A stretch of DNA of 64,000 bases from Coleofasciculus sp. B1-GNL1-01. Its GTDB lineage: Bacteria > Cyanobacteriota > Cyanobacteriia > Cyanobacteriales > Coleofasciculaceae. The stretch lies in NCBI GenBank assembly GCA_040220235.1, contig JAVJTO010000096.1, one strand, 5' to 3'. The position numbers and the translations under genes are program-made. Below, in pieces: positions 41,556 to 51,596 of the stretch. The first letter of the stretch is position 1. Every line of letters begins with the position of its first letter. Below the pieces are notes generated by a model, which was not told the origin of the DNA, did not search any database, and worked only from the letters and a program-made list of their open reading frames with translations.

Positions 41556-42800
41556 ATGCTCTTGCTATTAATACGTAAGGTATTCCTATCTCTACAGAGG
41601 AATGACCAACTTAGGGAGGAACTGATGCATATCAAATTGAATTATCTTAAGCAGGTATTAGACTATGAAAACAGGCAAAATATTGTAGGGATTCCAGATA
41701 TTATTCGCCGCACGATTTACCTGTTGGGTTTATCTGCCATTTTCATCAATCCAGTTGCAGCTAGCGAAGTTCAATTTCCTAGAACTAGCTTGACCACGGC
41801 GGAGAGTTTCATCGCCCAAACTACTGCTGAGGATTTTCTCCGACGAGGAGTACAAAAATTAGAAACAGGTGACTTCAGAGAAGCAATTGAGGACTTCAAT
41901 CAAGCAATCGAGTTAAATCCTAACTTGGCTAAAGCCTACAATAATCGTGGAGTGTCATATTTTTCAATCGGGAACATTAATCGTGCGATCGCGGATTTTA
42001 ACCGGACACTGGAGATTAATCCTAATTATGCTATGGCATATAATAGCCGAGGATTTGCTCGTCTGCAACAGGGAAATCTTCAACAAGCCCTTTCTGACTT
42101 CAACCAAGCGATTGAACTTAAGCCTAATAATACTTTGTTTTATCAAAACAGGGCTAGTGTTCATTTAACACAGAGAAATATTCAAGGGGCGATTTCCGAT
42201 TTGAACCGAGTAATCCAGCTCGATCCTAATAATGTACAAGCTTATGCTGATCGAGGAGTTGCTCGTCTGCAACAGGGTGATATTCAACAAGCCCTTTCTG
42301 ACTTCAACCAAGCAATTGAGCTGGATTCTGACTTAGCGATGCCCTACAACAATCGGGGACTTATTTATCTACAACAAGGCGAACTTCAAGAGGCAATAGC
42401 TAATTTTAACCAAGCAATTGAGTTGAACGCCAACCTATTCTTAGCCTATAATAACCGAGGAAGTGCATTGTTAGAGCAGGGCAAACTCCAAGAAGCTATT
42501 GCGGATTTTAACCAAGCGATTAAGATTAATCCTAACTACGCTCAAGCCTACTCAAATCGTGGGTTTGTTCATCTGCAACAAGGAAATATTCAACAAGCTC
42601 TCACTGATCTTAACCAAGCGATTGAAATTAATCCCAACTACACCTCAGCCTATTATAGTCGAGGTCTTACCCGTATTCAATTAGGTAAAAAAGAAGAAGC
42701 GATCGCGGATTTCCAAAAGGCAGCAGATTTATCTAGACAGCAGGGTGACATGACGCTTTACCAATTGTCCCTTGACCAAATCCAGATGCTTCAGCAGTAA
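41556..42800 (+). CDS. TPR protein 1 (9 TPRs); likely start 41625
   Basis: 34-aa AYxNRG...AIADFNQAIxLNP repeats; GGAGG RBS before 41625. Confidence 0.9.
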   Translation: MLLLLIRKVFLSLQRNDQLREELMHIKLNYLKQVLDYENRQNIVGIPDIIRRTIYLLGLSAIFINPVAASEVQFPRTSLTTAESFIAQTTAEDFLRRGVQKLETGDFREAIEDFNQAIELNPNLAKAYNNRGVSYFSIGNINRAIADFNRTLEINPNYAMAYNSRGFARLQQGNLQQALSDFNQAIELKPNNTLFYQNRASVHLTQRNIQGAISDLNRVIQLDPNNVQAYADRGVARLQQGDIQQALSDFNQAIELDSDLAMPYNNRGLIYLQQGELQEAIANFNQAIELNANLFLAYNNRGSALLEQGKLQEAIADFNQAIKINPNYAQAYSNRGFVHLQQGNIQQALTDLNQAIEINPNYTSAYYSRGLTRIQLGKKEEAIADFQKAADLSRQQGDMTLYQLSLDQIQMLQQ

Positions 42801-42856
42801 TTGCTGCTACATTATTCGGCAATTTATATGAAATAAGTCGATATCAGGAGGAATCT

Positions 42857-44167
42857 ATGAGACTAATTCATGCTACAATTCCTTTATTGGGTTTAACTTC
42901 TGTCCTAATCATTCCAGTTACTACTCATGCAATCCAACCTGTTCAAATTGGGTCTACCACAGTTAACCGCTACATTGCCCAAAATACGGTTGATGATTTT
43001 CTTCAACAAGCAGTAGAAAAATTAGAAAGAGGAGACTTGCGCGGAGCAATTGATGATTTCACTGAGGCGATTGCAGTTGAGCCTAATTTGGCTCCCGTCT
43101 ATGATTACCGAGGATTTGCACGTTTAATATTAGGTAATCTTCAAGAGGCAATCGCTGATTTTAACACAGCAATAGAGCTTGATTCTAACTTTGCCAATGC
43201 CTATAATCATCGAGGACTTGCTTTTGATCAACTCGGAGAAGCTCAAAAATCAATTGCTGACTACACTCAGGCAATAGAACTTGATCCTAGTTTAGTTGGT
43301 GCTTATCACAATCGAGGGGTGGCTTTTGAAAAATTAGGAGAAATCCAAAAGGCAATCGCTGACTACACTCAAGCAATCGAGCTTCAGCCTAATTTCGTTA
43401 GGGCTTATAACAATCGAGGAAGCACTTATCTAAATCAGGGAGATATTGAACAAGCCATATCAGACTTCAATCAGGCAATAAATATTAATGTCAATGATGC
43501 TGATGCTTACTATAATAGAGGTATTGCTTATATTCAATATGGCAATATTGAGAAAGCCATGTCTGACTTTAATCAAGCAATACAGCTTAATCCAAATTAT
43601 GGTTTAGCGTACAATAATCGCGGACTTTTGTATCGAGAACAGGGACAGCTAGAGGAAGCTTTGGCTGACTTCAGTAAGGCAATTGAGATTGAACCTAACC
43701 TAGCAATCGCCTACAGCAACCGAGGTACTATTTACCTGAAACTCATAGAAATACAGAATGCTATCCGCGACTTTACTCAAGCCATTAAACTGAACCCCAA
43801 TTATGCTATGGCTTACAACAACCGGGGATTTGCATATCTGCAACGGGGAGAAATGCAGAAAGCTTTTGCCGATTTGAACCAGGCAATTGAGATTAATCCC
43901 TATCTAGCTCTCGCCTACGCAAACCGGGGACATACTCACCGAAAAACAGGAGATATTGAGAGTGCCATTGCTGACTACACTCAGGTAATTGAGATTATTC
44001 CCAATAATGCTGCCGCTTACTACCAACGGGGAACTGCCCTTGTTCAATTAGGCAACGAAGAAGAAGCGATCGCGGATTTCCAGAAAGCCGCCGATTTGTT
44101 TAGACAACAGGGTCAAATGACATTTTACCAAAATGCCCTTGACCAAATCCAGGAACTTCAGCAGTAA
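42857..44167 (+). CDS. Secreted TPR protein 2 (11 TPRs)
   Basis: Signal peptide plus TPR array; AGGAGG RBS. Confidence 0.92.
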   Translation: MRLIHATIPLLGLTSVLIIPVTTHAIQPVQIGSTTVNRYIAQNTVDDFLQQAVEKLERGDLRGAIDDFTEAIAVEPNLAPVYDYRGFARLILGNLQEAIADFNTAIELDSNFANAYNHRGLAFDQLGEAQKSIADYTQAIELDPSLVGAYHNRGVAFEKLGEIQKAIADYTQAIELQPNFVRAYNNRGSTYLNQGDIEQAISDFNQAININVNDADAYYNRGIAYIQYGNIEKAMSDFNQAIQLNPNYGLAYNNRGLLYREQGQLEEALADFSKAIEIEPNLAIAYSNRGTIYLKLIEIQNAIRDFTQAIKLNPNYAMAYNNRGFAYLQRGEMQKAFADLNQAIEINPYLALAYANRGHTHRKTGDIESAIADYTQVIEIIPNNAAAYYQRGTALVQLGNEEEAIADFQKAADLFRQQGQMTFYQNALDQIQELQQ

Positions 44168-44224
44168 TCCACTCTACATCATACATAAATTCCCCATTTA
44201 ATATGTCGAGTTCAGGAGACATCT

Positions 44225-45229
44225 ATGAAATTCATTCACCGTACAATTCCTCTATTGGGTTTAACGGCTATCCTGATCACCCCAATAACTGCTCGTGCTG
44301 TTCAAAATTGCCCAATAGATGCGGTTACGCTCAAAGATTATATTGCCCAAACCACTCCTGAGGATTTTATCCAACGAGGAATACAGCAAGAGCAAAGTGG
44401 TGATCTTAAGGGAGCAATCACTAACTTTAATCGAGCAATTGAGCTTAACCCTTTTTATTCCCCAGCTTATGCTCAACGAGGAATTTTTCGCCTGAAACAG
44501 GGTGATATTAGTGGTGCAATTAGGGACTTTAATCGGTGGACTGAGATTAATCCAAACTCTGCCCAAGCATACAACTTCAGAGGATTTGCTCGTCAGCAAC
44601 AGGGGGACATTGATAGTGCGATCACCGACTTTAACCGGGCGATTGAAATTGATCCTAATTACGCCCCAGCCTATGACAATCGGGGAGTTGCTTACGGACA
44701 ACAGGGAGAAGTCCAGAAAGCGCTAGCCGACTTTGACACAGCAATTGAAATTGACCCTAACTTCGCTCCAGCTTATCACAACCGCGCAGTTGCCCGTGTG
44801 AAACAGGGCAACATGGAGGCGGCAATTCGCGACTTTAATCGGGCAATTGAGGTTGATCCGAACGATGCTCAAGCCTACTATACTCGAGGAGCTGTCTATT
44901 TTAAACAGGGAGATACCCAAGCAGCACTCGCTGACTTTAATCAGGCAATTACGATTGACCCTAATAATGCTCAACCTTACTATAATCGCGGAGTTGTCCG
45001 TGTAGTACAGGGGGAACTTCAGGAGGGAATTGCCGATTTCACTCAATCGATTCAACGTGATCCTAACTATGCTGCTGCCTACTACAATCGGGGAACTGCC
45101 TTTGTTCAATTAGGGAACGAAGAAGAAGCGATCGCGGATTTCCAAAAGGCGGCAGAGTTATCCAGACAACAGGGTAATATGACAATTTATCAAAATGCCC
45201 TTGACCAAATTCAACAGATGCAGCCGTAA
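44225..45229 (+). CDS. Secreted TPR protein 3 (8 TPRs)
   Basis: Signal peptide plus TPR array; AGGAG RBS. Confidence 0.92.
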   Translation: MKFIHRTIPLLGLTAILITPITARAVQNCPIDAVTLKDYIAQTTPEDFIQRGIQQEQSGDLKGAITNFNRAIELNPFYSPAYAQRGIFRLKQGDISGAIRDFNRWTEINPNSAQAYNFRGFARQQQGDIDSAITDFNRAIEIDPNYAPAYDNRGVAYGQQGEVQKALADFDTAIEIDPNFAPAYHNRAVARVKQGNMEAAIRDFNRAIEVDPNDAQAYYTRGAVYFKQGDTQAALADFNQAITIDPNNAQPYYNRGVVRVVQGELQEGIADFTQSIQRDPNYAAAYYNRGTAFVQLGNEEEAIADFQKAAELSRQQGNMTIYQNALDQIQQMQP

Positions 45230-45377
45230 AGAGGTACATGAGGTAAGGGTACGGCAATGCCGTACCCCTACGAGTGATAATTGATTCATAATGGAGATTA
45301 ATCTCGCTGGTTAATACACCCTCCCTCAAGGAGTGTATTGGTTAGCAAGCGTTAGCAAAAAGGTATTGGAACACAAT

Positions 45378-45569
45378 ATGAACACTATCGAATCCATCGT
45401 TCTCAGAGAACTCCGCCAACTGCCCCCAAGTCAACAAAATGAAGTTTTAGATTTTGTGCAATTTCTCCGCAGAAAATCTCCCAATATTCCGAAAAAAAGT
45501 GTTAAAGGACTCTGTGCAGATCTGCCCTTTGACTTAACCGATGCTTTTGGGCGCAATCATCGTCTGTAG
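45378..45569 (+). CDS. DUF2281-like orphan antitoxin, possibly 3'-truncated
   Basis: LRQLPPSQQNEVLDFVQFLR...SVKGLCADL; no toxin gene follows. Confidence 0.65.
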   Translation: MNTIESIVLRELRQLPPSQQNEVLDFVQFLRRKSPNIPKKSVKGLCADLPFDLTDAFGRNHRL

Positions 45570-45591
45570 TCTACTAACTTGAAAACTGCCG

Positions 45592-45703
45592 TAAATTGGG
45601 TATGAGTAGCGAGCAAGATGCAAAGCCTGCGGCATGGCTTCGCTAAACGCACTACAAGGATTTCGTCATTGTTGACATTAAGGTTTGAATACCGAACAGC
45701 TTA
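45592..45703. mobile_element. MITE family A, partial copy
   Basis: Reverse-complement match to most of 11831-11982; one end missing. Confidence 0.75.
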
Positions 45704-45741
45704 TATCCTCACCCAACTATCTGCAAACATCCTTTGCTGAT

Positions 45742-46815
45742 TTAACCATAAATTTTCCGGTAGTAATCTTTGTACTCCTTCGACAGCAACGGTTCCCACC
45801 AATCCCGATGGGTCAAATACCATTCAACGGTGCTACGTAATCCCCCTTCAATGGTTTCTTGAGGTGTCCAACCCAGTTTTGCCTTAATTTTGCGAGCATC
45901 AATCCCGTATCGGCGATCGTGTCCGGGTCGATCTTTTACAGAAGTAATTAACTTTTTACTGGGAGAAACAGGTAAATCCGAAGCTAATTCATCCATAAGC
46001 TGGCAAACCATCTGAACCAAATCCAGGTTCTTGATTTGGTTGTTACCGCCAATGTTATAGGTTTCGCCGGGAGTTCCTTGGTGAATGACTAAATCAATGG
46101 CTTGACAGTGATCATTCACATAAAGCCAGTCCCGCACATGCTGTCCATCTCCATAAACGGGTAAGGGTTGACCCAGCATGATGTTAATACACATCAAGGG
46201 AATCAGCTTTTCGGGAAACTGATAGGGACCGTAGTTATTTGAGCAATTGGTAATTAATGTGGGGACGCCGTAGGTATGATGATAGGCACGAATGATGTGA
46301 TCACTACCCGCTTTAGACGCCGCATACGGACTGTTGGGTTGATAGGGTGTTGTTTCACTAAATAACGGGTCATTCGGACTCAAGCTGCCGTATACTTCAT
46401 CCGTAGACACATGAAGGAAGCGATCGCTCTTTGGACACCCCCGTTTTTTCCAATGCTGGCGAAAGGCTTCGACTAGAGTTGATGTACCCAGAACATTTGT
46501 TCTCACAAACGCTTCGGGTCCTAAAATGGAGCGGTCAACATGGGATTCCGCCGCAAAGTGGGCGACGGTATCAATTGTCTCACTGCGGAGTAAGGCATCA
46601 ACCAACGTGCGATCGCAAATATCTCCCGGTACAAACCGCAAATTCTCTCGTCCCTCGACTGGCTCTAGATTCCGACGATTGCCGGCGTAACTGAGCAAAT
46701 CGAGAACAACGACTCGATCATCGGGGTAGCGATCGCACCAGTGATGGACGAAGTTGGAGCCAATAAACCCCGCTCCACCTGTTATGAGTATGCGGCGAGG
46801 TTCTCGTGAAGGCAT
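45742..46815 (-). CDS. rfbB: dTDP-glucose 4,6-dehydratase
   Basis: GGAGFIGSN, AESHVDRS, STDEVYG, YAASK, DRPGHDRRY. Confidence 0.96.
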   Translation of the reverse strand: MPSREPRRILITGGAGFIGSNFVHHWCDRYPDDRVVVLDLLSYAGNRRNLEPVEGRENLRFVPGDICDRTLVDALLRSETIDTVAHFAAESHVDRSILGPEAFVRTNVLGTSTLVEAFRQHWKKRGCPKSDRFLHVSTDEVYGSLSPNDPLFSETTPYQPNSPYAASKAGSDHIIRAYHHTYGVPTLITNCSNNYGPYQFPEKLIPLMCINIMLGQPLPVYGDGQHVRDWLYVNDHCQAIDLVIHQGTPGETYNIGGNNQIKNLDLVQMVCQLMDELASDLPVSPSKKLITSVKDRPGHDRRYGIDARKIKAKLGWTPQETIEGGLRSTVEWYLTHRDWWEPLLSKEYKDYYRKIYG

Positions 46816-46940
46816 AATGACTTGGGTTCCTTTTTGCTGTAATCTCGGAGGGGATAATTCTAACCGTCGATCATCTTAACATCCGGTTGGGGATCAAGGA
46901 TGAGACGGGTCAAAAATTGATAGCGCCAGCCCATCTGAGG

Positions 46941-48299
46941 CTAGAGTATGGGTACAACTACGTCAGGTGGGTTGGAGGCTTCAGGGCTTTCCTCTGCTGG
47001 ATTCGCTGACTCTTCAGGTTGGTCTTTTTGAGCCTCGGACTCTGAGGTTGTGTCTGATGGCGATGGTTGTTCAGAGTTTTCTGGATCACCATCCGAGGTT
47101 TCTGAATTGGATGAGGAAGAACTTGGGGAATTCGAGTCCTCAGCCGCCTCCGGATTCTCAGGTTGGGGTGTTGGCGAATTAGAACCCTCAGGAGTCTGAT
47201 CCGAGGCTTCGGGAGGTGTTGGCTTCGGACACACCTTGTCTTGACCTGAGAACTCTACCGAGACTTGGTATTCCTGGGGCTGTTCCGTGCGATTCAGAAA
47301 ACGATGAGCTTGAATTGTATCTTGTGCCTTTTGCTCAAGAATGGGATCACCTGCTCGTTGAATGACTTGTAAATTCGTCGGTTTGCCATCAGTGCCGACA
47401 ACGACGCTATATCGGACGTTGCCATTCGCCCGCTTCTGGCAAGCGGCTTTGGGATAAGAAGCAATCAATGTTCTGGGTGGAGGTTGTACCTTATTCTCTT
47501 CAGCGCCAGTGATATCTGACTGTTGCTCAGAGTTGGGTTTCTCGGCTACTGACTGATCCGATTCTGATGCCGTCTCTTCCGGATTTGGGGTTGGATCATC
47601 TTCATTAGCGGCGGGATCAGTCTCTTGATTGAGAGCAACTTCCTTTTTATCTCTGTGGGGTTCCGGTGGTTTAGAGCGTGGATTCGTTAACACCGATGAG
47701 TTGCGATCATCGCGTAATTGCGCTGCCAAACGATCAATACTCGGCATCGGCTCTGTTTGTATGGATCTTGATTCAGGATTCATTGTTCCTGGGGGAGGCG
47801 GTGGCGGAAGTTGGCTGGGAAAAACTGGAATTCCTAGATTTCTCCTCATGGGTGGAAATGGAGTACTCGGTTGATTCCGGGAGATTCGGGTTCTGGTTCG
47901 TTTCCGAGTCGAAGACGACGATGACGGAATTTTTAACGATTGTGAAGGGGACGCCACGGAAATGTTGCCATCGAGGGGTAAAGAATCTAAGGAATCCTGA
48001 GAGGGGAGAGGTGGGAGCGGTGGGAATGGCGATTGTAATGGTGTCTGCTGATAAATATAGGGGGGAACCGTTGGCACTGATAAATCGGGTAGGCGACTCA
48101 AATCGGCTTCGCTTAATTCCAGCATTTGTACAGTTCGCCGAGTTAGTGGCGCTTCATTGGAAAAAACGGGGACATAAGAGGGTAAGGTTAGCCCCAAGAT
48201 GACATGAATACCCACCGATGCCATGACGGCGATTCCGGTTGGCTGATTAAGTTTCTCGGAAACCGTTCTAAATAAAAGATTCGACATAGCCGTTATCAT
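46941..48299 (-). CDS. TonB-family protein
   Basis: N-terminal anchor ASVGIH, Pro-rich linker, YPKAAC..GNV...V..DG TonB_C domain. Confidence 0.8.
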   Translation of the reverse strand: MITAMSNLLFRTVSEKLNQPTGIAVMASVGIHVILGLTLPSYVPVFSNEAPLTRRTVQMLELSEADLSRLPDLSVPTVPPYIYQQTPLQSPFPPLPPLPSQDSLDSLPLDGNISVASPSQSLKIPSSSSSTRKRTRTRISRNQPSTPFPPMRRNLGIPVFPSQLPPPPPPGTMNPESRSIQTEPMPSIDRLAAQLRDDRNSSVLTNPRSKPPEPHRDKKEVALNQETDPAANEDDPTPNPEETASESDQSVAEKPNSEQQSDITGAEENKVQPPPRTLIASYPKAACQKRANGNVRYSVVVGTDGKPTNLQVIQRAGDPILEQKAQDTIQAHRFLNRTEQPQEYQVSVEFSGQDKVCPKPTPPEASDQTPEGSNSPTPQPENPEAAEDSNSPSSSSSNSETSDGDPENSEQPSPSDTTSESEAQKDQPEESANPAEESPEASNPPDVVVPIL

Positions 48300-48336
48300 G
48301 CTCTCCGTTGCGGGGTTGTCGGGAATTCTATTCGTT

Positions 48337-49737
48337 GTGAACTACTCAGGCTTATTTCGTTGAAGCCTGAGCTTCTGGTTTCGCTGGGGATTGCGTCAGC
48401 TTAGACTTACGCCCAAGCTTCGGTCTCACATCCCCTCCACCAGCAGCAGTCCCAGTCCCTGAGACCGATAAATGTTGTTGAGCCTGTCGAAGCATTCTGA
48501 CACCTTCCGCTCTAATATTTGCTGAGGCATTACCATCTCTATCATGATGAGTGCCACAGCTCGGACAAGTCCAACTCCTAACCTCCAAGGGCATCTCGTC
48601 TACCTGATAATGACAGTTTGAGCAGAGTTTTGAACTAGGAAACCATCGGTCAATCTCTACCAGTACCTTACCCTCTTTTTCGAGTTTGTACGATAGAAAA
48701 TTGACAAACATTCCCCAGCCTACATCAGAAATTGCTTTAGCTAGTTTGTGGTTCCGAACCATGCCTTTAGTATTTAGACTTTCGACTACGATAACTTGGT
48801 TTTCGTCAACAAGCTTTCTCGATAGCTTATGTAAGTAGTCTTGACGGACATTACTAACTCGTTCGTGAACCCTAGCCACCAGTTTCCTGGCTTGATCTCG
48901 TGACTTGCTTCCTTTCTCCTTTCTGTCTAATTTCTGTTGCTTCCGCTTGAGGTTACGCTCATGCTTGGCTAAATGTTTGGGGTGATCAAACTTAGAGGTT
49001 TTAACCCCATCGTTAACAATGGCAAAATCCTTTAATCCCAAGTCAATCCCGGCAATTTTACCTTCACTTCGACTTGCGAGAGTGCTGACAGGAGGATTAT
49101 CCCCTTCTACCTCGGTTAATACAGATGCAAAATACTTACCCGATGGCGTCATGCTAACCGTTACTGTCTTGATAGTTCCTTCAATTGGTCGGTGTATTTT
49201 AGTTTTGACTACGCCAACACGACCGGGAAACTTGAGGCAACCATCAACAACTTTAACCGACTGAGGATACTGAATGGATTGCTTATTCCTTTTAGCCTTG
49301 AACCTTGGGTATCTAGCTCTACCCTCGAAAAAGTTTTTGTAGGCAGCTACCAGGTTTAGTGTGGTAGCTTGCAAAACTTGAGAATAGCATTCAGATAACC
49401 ATTCGGTTTCCTCCTGTTTCTTGAGCTTAGGCAAAAATGCGTTTAATGCTGAACGTGTCAAGCCTTTACCCGTTAACTGGTAAGTTTCAATGCACAAATT
49501 GAGTGCATAATTCCACCACCAGCGACTACAGCCAAAGTGTTGAGCTAGTATCACTTGTTGTTCAGTTGTCGGATATAGCCTAACTTTGATGGCTTGATGT
49601 CGCATCGCTTTCACCTCCTCTTACCACTATATACCATTTAAGGTAAGCAAGTCCTGAAGATTGGAAATTTCGTTCCTCAATTTCCCGCTGTCCATCCTCA
49701 CCCTACTTCGCCCTTGGGTGAGGACTTCCGCGACGCC
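48337..49737 (-). mobile_element. IS200/IS605-family TnpB-only (IS1341-like) element, ~1.4 kb
   Basis: Left-end hairpin TCCTCACCC..GGGTGAGGA preceded by TTAAC; right-end hairpin CTCAGGCTT..AAGCCTGAG followed by TAGTTCAC; no tnpA. Exact boundaries are inferred. Confidence 0.8.
48352..49614 (-). CDS. tnpB: RNA-guided endonuclease TnpB
   Basis: RLYPT HTH, RuvC motifs GIDLG / IVVESL / DRDGNA, zinc finger CSNC..CPSC. Confidence 0.95.
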   Translation of the reverse strand: MKAMRHQAIKVRLYPTTEQQVILAQHFGCSRWWWNYALNLCIETYQLTGKGLTRSALNAFLPKLKKQEETEWLSECYSQVLQATTLNLVAAYKNFFEGRARYPRFKAKRNKQSIQYPQSVKVVDGCLKFPGRVGVVKTKIHRPIEGTIKTVTVSMTPSGKYFASVLTEVEGDNPPVSTLASRSEGKIAGIDLGLKDFAIVNDGVKTSKFDHPKHLAKHERNLKRKQQKLDRKEKGSKSRDQARKLVARVHERVSNVRQDYLHKLSRKLVDENQVIVVESLNTKGMVRNHKLAKAISDVGWGMFVNFLSYKLEKEGKVLVEIDRWFPSSKLCSNCHYQVDEMPLEVRSWTCPSCGTHHDRDGNASANIRAEGVRMLRQAQQHLSVSGTGTAAGGGDVRPKLGRKSKLTQSPAKPEAQASTK

Positions 49738-49752
49738 GTTAATAAAAATAAT

Positions 49753-50487
49753 CTAGAGTCTAATTGAACTCAGGGATTGAGTAACGTTGACAATCATGAT
49801 CGAAAAGTAGGGTAATTTCAGCGTTGGGCGATCGCGTAAATCGTGATAAATCACTTGATCCGGTAGGGTAGCACGTTCGACTACCCAAGTGGTGTCCAAT
49901 AATTGGCGGCGATGCAACACCTGCCAAACCTGTTCATACACTGAACTTACTTTCATCAGGACTATGACATCCGCCCAGTCTAAAATTGTTTCCAGTTCCT
50001 TTACATTATAGAGAGCTGGCAGCACCACCAAGCGATCGCGCTGTACCGTTAGCGGTAATCCTAACACTGAGGCGGCTGCCATGGGTGAACAAACGCCAGG
50101 AATCATTTGCACTACGGCGGTAGGTTGCTGCTGTTGCAAGGTTTGCGCCAAATAGGTAAACGTGCTGTAAAAACTGATATCCCCTTCACAAACAAACGCC
50201 ACATCTTGCCCAACGTTTAGATAATGCCAAACCTGTTCGGCGGCTTTATTCCACGCTTGGGTAAGAATGTCAAGGTCTTGCACGTAAGGAAATGTTAAAG
50301 GCAGTTGAACCTGTTGAGTGTCTAACCATTGCCCGATAATTTGTTGAGCCATACCCAGTTTCCCCCTTACTCCCGCCGGAAACGCCACCACAGGTGCTTG
50401 TTTGAGGATACGCAGGGCTTTAAGCGTGATTAATTCGCGATCGCCTGGACCGACACTCAGACCGTAAAGTGTGCCAACTTGCCCCAT
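49753..50487 (-). CDS. cobI: Precorrin-2 C20-methyltransferase
   Basis: GLSVGPGD.ELITLKA, EGDISFYSTF, LMKV, LPYFS. Confidence 0.88.
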   Translation of the reverse strand: MGQVGTLYGLSVGPGDRELITLKALRILKQAPVVAFPAGVRGKLGMAQQIIGQWLDTQQVQLPLTFPYVQDLDILTQAWNKAAEQVWHYLNVGQDVAFVCEGDISFYSTFTYLAQTLQQQQPTAVVQMIPGVCSPMAAASVLGLPLTVQRDRLVVLPALYNVKELETILDWADVIVLMKVSSVYEQVWQVLHRRQLLDTTWVVERATLPDQVIYHDLRDRPTLKLPYFSIMIVNVTQSLSSIRL

Positions 50488-50535
50488 GATTATTTGTTAC
50501 GTTTGATTAATAATTAAAAAGCTCTAAAATCCCAA

Positions 50536-51237
50536 ATGCCACTACCGACTGTTATTCTACCGGGTTTTTTTGCCGGGGCAACTGAATATCGAGGATTAGA
50601 AACCGCGTTAAATCAGTTAGGGTTTCCCACCGTTACTGTACCGCTACGACAAGGCGATTGGATGCCCACCATTGGCGGTCGTTCAGTCTTGCCCATCTTA
50701 CGGCAACTTGACCAAACCGTGAAACAGGTTATGGCAGATTACAACGCCACTCAGGTTAATCTGATTGGTCATTCCGCCGGAGGCTGGATTGCCCGAATCT
50801 ACCTGGGCGAAAAACCCTACGATATTCATGGCGATGTAATATCCTCAGTCCCCGGATTTTGGAATGCTCATCCTGCTATTGCCACATTGGTAACGTTAGG
50901 GACACCTCATACTAGCCAAGAGCGCTGGACAAAACGTAATCTGGATTTCGTGGCAATCAACTATCCGGGGGCATTTTATCCCCAGGTTAAATATATTTGT
51001 GTCGCGGGTAAAGCTATTTATGGTCAACGACGTTTGGGTCAATGGTTAGCGTATAACAGTTATCAGCAAACCTGTGGAGTCGGCAATTGTTGGGGAGATG
51101 GGATTACTCCCATTGAAGCGGCTCATTTAGAGGGGGCGGTGAATCTCACCTTAGAAGGGGTGCTGCATTCACCGCGAAGACAGGGACTTTGGTATGGTTC
51201 GCCAGAACCAATGAAATCATGGGTTCCCTATTTATAG
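50536..51237 (+). CDS. Alpha/beta-hydrolase (lipase/esterase)
   Basis: GHSAGG nucleophile elbow, TLGTPH, GDGI, VLHS. Confidence 0.88.
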   Translation: MPLPTVILPGFFAGATEYRGLETALNQLGFPTVTVPLRQGDWMPTIGGRSVLPILRQLDQTVKQVMADYNATQVNLIGHSAGGWIARIYLGEKPYDIHGDVISSVPGFWNAHPAIATLVTLGTPHTSQERWTKRNLDFVAINYPGAFYPQVKYICVAGKAIYGQRRLGQWLAYNSYQQTCGVGNCWGDGITPIEAAHLEGAVNLTLEGVLHSPRRQGLWYGSPEPMKSWVPYL

Positions 51238-51386
51238 CGCTACGCGCTAGGCAATGGGCAATAGGCAATGGGCTTTCTTTGAAGAAAAACACTGACTCCT
51301 CAAGGGATTGACCCTTCGACTTCGCTCAGGGTCAAAGCGATTTAAATTTTTCTTCTTTTGTCCTAACCTGTGTGCGTAGTGCTATA
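51233..51386. mobile_element. MITE family B (TATAGC ends) with a nested small dispersed repeat
   Basis: TIR TATAGCGCTACGCGC / GTGCGTAGTGCTATA; inner hairpin TTGACCCTTCGACTTCGCTCAGGGTCAA at 51308-51335; related end at 22691. Confidence 0.75.
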
Positions 51387-51596
51387 AGGTAAAAATCGTA
51401 GGGGCGCAAGGCTTGCGCCCTTTATTCAGTGAGCGATTCCTCTGAATCATTAGACAGTATTGAATAAAAAAACCTGCATTGTCAGGGCGGGTTTTGTTGA
51501 AATGTTATCGCTACCCCCACTAAGGAAGCGTCTAAACCCGCCCCTACACACTCGCACGCCATGCCCGAAAAGCTTTGCGAAGTGGTCAAAACTGTT

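Noticed and set aside
50488..50535. Cobalamin riboswitch upstream of cobI (or of cbiB)
   Set aside because: Intergenic space is too short at cobI, cbiB overlaps its upstream gene, and I saw no B12-box
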